Below, one piece after another: positions 26,481-27,612 of a DNA stretch of 27,612 bases. The stretch is from positions 1 to 27,612 of the IMG/VR virus record IMGVR_UViG_3300036802_000049; one strand, written 5' to 3'. This DNA is from a virus (Duplodnaviria; Caudoviricetes). The position numbers were made by a program, and so were the translations under genes. The notes under the pieces were generated by a model. That model saw only the letters and a program-made list of their open reading frames with translations, was not told the DNA's origin and made no database searches. Numbering within the stretch: the first letter of the stretch is position 1; each line of letters opens with the position of its first letter.

Positions 26481-26698
26481 TAATTACCAACTCCTGTATA
26501 TTATTTCCTTTCAATTTACATTAATAATTAGGAAGTAACAACAAAATTGATTCTCCTTTTTGTGACATTCATACGTATTTTTATTTTATTTCGTGACATA
26601 TTTTCAGCATTTGCAAAGTTTCGACAAAATGCAACAAATTTTTTAATTATTCTATGGTATAAAAAAAGCACCAACCAAAATTTCTATTTGGATAGCGC

Positions 26699-26989
26699 CT
26701 ACGAATTAAACTTTTGTTTCATTTCTATGTATATACCTAGTGTTCTAGTCATAAATTCAATTTCATCGTCCGAATAAGATTCTGGATGAATTGGGATATC
26801 AGATCTACCCACAATGTAATCAAGCGATACCTTATAATAATCAGCCAACTTTATCAATAAAATGTAATCCATTTCTCTGTTACCAAGCTCATACATTGCG
26901 TATGCAGATCGACTTACTCCAATAATTTCAGCAACGTCTTCCTGCCTAAGGTTATGTTTATATCTTAATTCACTTAGTTTTAGTTTCAA
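26699..26989 (-). CDS. XRE-family HTH transcriptional regulator
   Basis: LRQEDVAEIIGVSRSAYAMYELGNREM…LADYYKVSLDYIVGRS. Confidence 0.93.
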   Translation of the reverse strand: MKLKLSELRYKHNLRQEDVAEIIGVSRSAYAMYELGNREMDYILLIKLADYYKVSLDYIVGRSDIPIHPESYSDDEIEFMTRTLGIYIEMKQKFNS

Positions 26990-27052
26990 TCACTAGTCAC
27001 CCCTTTACCAACTATAACCATTATAAAATTTTAAGGGATTTTCTAGTGCGAA

Positions 27053-27089
27053 TGTCTCAAAATGTGATAAAAATTTAAAAAATATCACA
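27053..27089. promoter_or_regulatory. Putative XRE operator(s)
   Basis: Imperfect palindrome TGTCTCA-AAA-TGTGATA (27053-27069) and TATCACA (27083-27089) upstream of the xre gene. Confidence 0.45.
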
Positions 27090-27158
27090 AAAAGGAGGTG
27101 TATTTTAAAAAAACTCATTTAAGAAGTCGCTAGTTAATAATGAAAGGGAGAGATTAAA

Positions 27159-27347
27159 ATTACAGAATCACAACTACCTAAATTATTAAGCGCACTACAT
27201 ATTAAAAACATTTTAAAGATTTCTTATTCTGAGGCAAATGATATTATGGATCTGATCCCAGCGGTTAAAATAGGTAACAGCAGGAGAGTGTTACTTGCGG
27301 ATTTTTATAATTGGATTCAATCAAATGACAAAAGAAAGGTGCTATAA
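27159..27347 (+). CDS. Excisionase-like (HTH_17/MerR-type) protein with ATT start, or start-loss pseudogene
   Basis: AAAGGGAG SD 8 nt before ATT. Reads TESQLPKLLSALHIKNILKISYSEANDIMDLIPAVKIGNSRRVLLADFYNWIQ; no 5' in-frame ATG/GTG/TTG. Confidence 0.65.
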   Translation: MTESQLPKLLSALHIKNILKISYSEANDIMDLIPAVKIGNSRRVLLADFYNWIQSNDKRKVL

Positions 27348-27586
27348 AAAGTAACAAAAAAGTAACGCAAGCAAATGAAAAGTGATATTTTACCGTTAAA
27401 GATATTACAGGTCATTTTCTCAAAAACTGCATTGTATAGCTGTTTTGTGAACCATCGTTAAAGACGTTACAGAATAAAGTGGAATGGGCGGCATGATGTA
27501 ATCATGTCCTCTTGAAACCCAGTAAAAATGGGGTTTTTAGTTCCTTATATACTCAGAAAATACCCGAAGAGTAACAAAAGAGTAGC
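27346..27586 (+). other. Attachment site: core 27481-27501 equals groEL 3' end, with flanking arm-type repeats
   Basis: GGA ATG GGC GGC ATG ATG TAA (GMGGMM*) preceded by in-frame TAA 27475; tandem GTAAC/GTAGC repeats with 11-bp period at 27351/27362 and 27571/27582. Confidence 0.8.
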
Positions 27587-27612
27587 ATTTTCTTAAATAA
27601 GGGTATAAATTA

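Larger units (their letters stand above)
1..27501 (+). mobile_element. Temperate siphovirus prophage (right part: replication to att site), groEL-targeting
   Basis: Colinear replication, packaging, head, tail and lysis modules ending in a duplicated groEL 3' end. Integrase and left end lie outside the window. Confidence 0.93.

Noticed and set aside
26547-26777. 76-aa plus-strand ORF
   Set aside because: Low-complexity AT-rich frame across a regulatory region, overlapping xre antisense, with no RBS.
27481-27501. groEL gene itself
   Set aside because: Only six codons match, and an in-frame TAA lies at 27475; it is the att duplication.

Overview
The window is the right-hand ~27.5 kb of a temperate, HK97/lambda-like siphovirus of a Bacillales host. 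Host assignment is inferred from Firmicutes-type RBSs, sigma-H-like promoters and gene families. Gene order on +: VapE-type primase/helicase, iteron-rich origin, VRR-NUC, SNF2 helicase, ArpU/RinA-like late activator, HNH, cos-like region, TerS/TerL, portal, ClpP protease, capsid, head-tail and tail genes (with a -1 frameshifted chaperone), tape measure, baseplate/receptor-binding genes, then a lysis cassette. Minus-strand accessory genes flank the lysis cassette. The window ends in an attachment site whose core copies the groEL 3' end (GMGGMM*). Main oddities: (1) a 6-nt, stop-containing in-frame insertion in SNF2 motif I (DMGLG*GKT) with a 3' hairpin, a candidate stop-hop/bypass; (2) an ACTAAC(G/T)G motif at three module junctions, suggesting a recombination-cassette array of a tail module, a Zn-ribbon gene and a HEPN-like gene; (3) sigma-H/Spo0A-box promoters on the morons; (4) an unannotated ATT-start excisionase-like ORF and arm repeats on both sides of the att core. 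All calls were made by eye; no searches were run.
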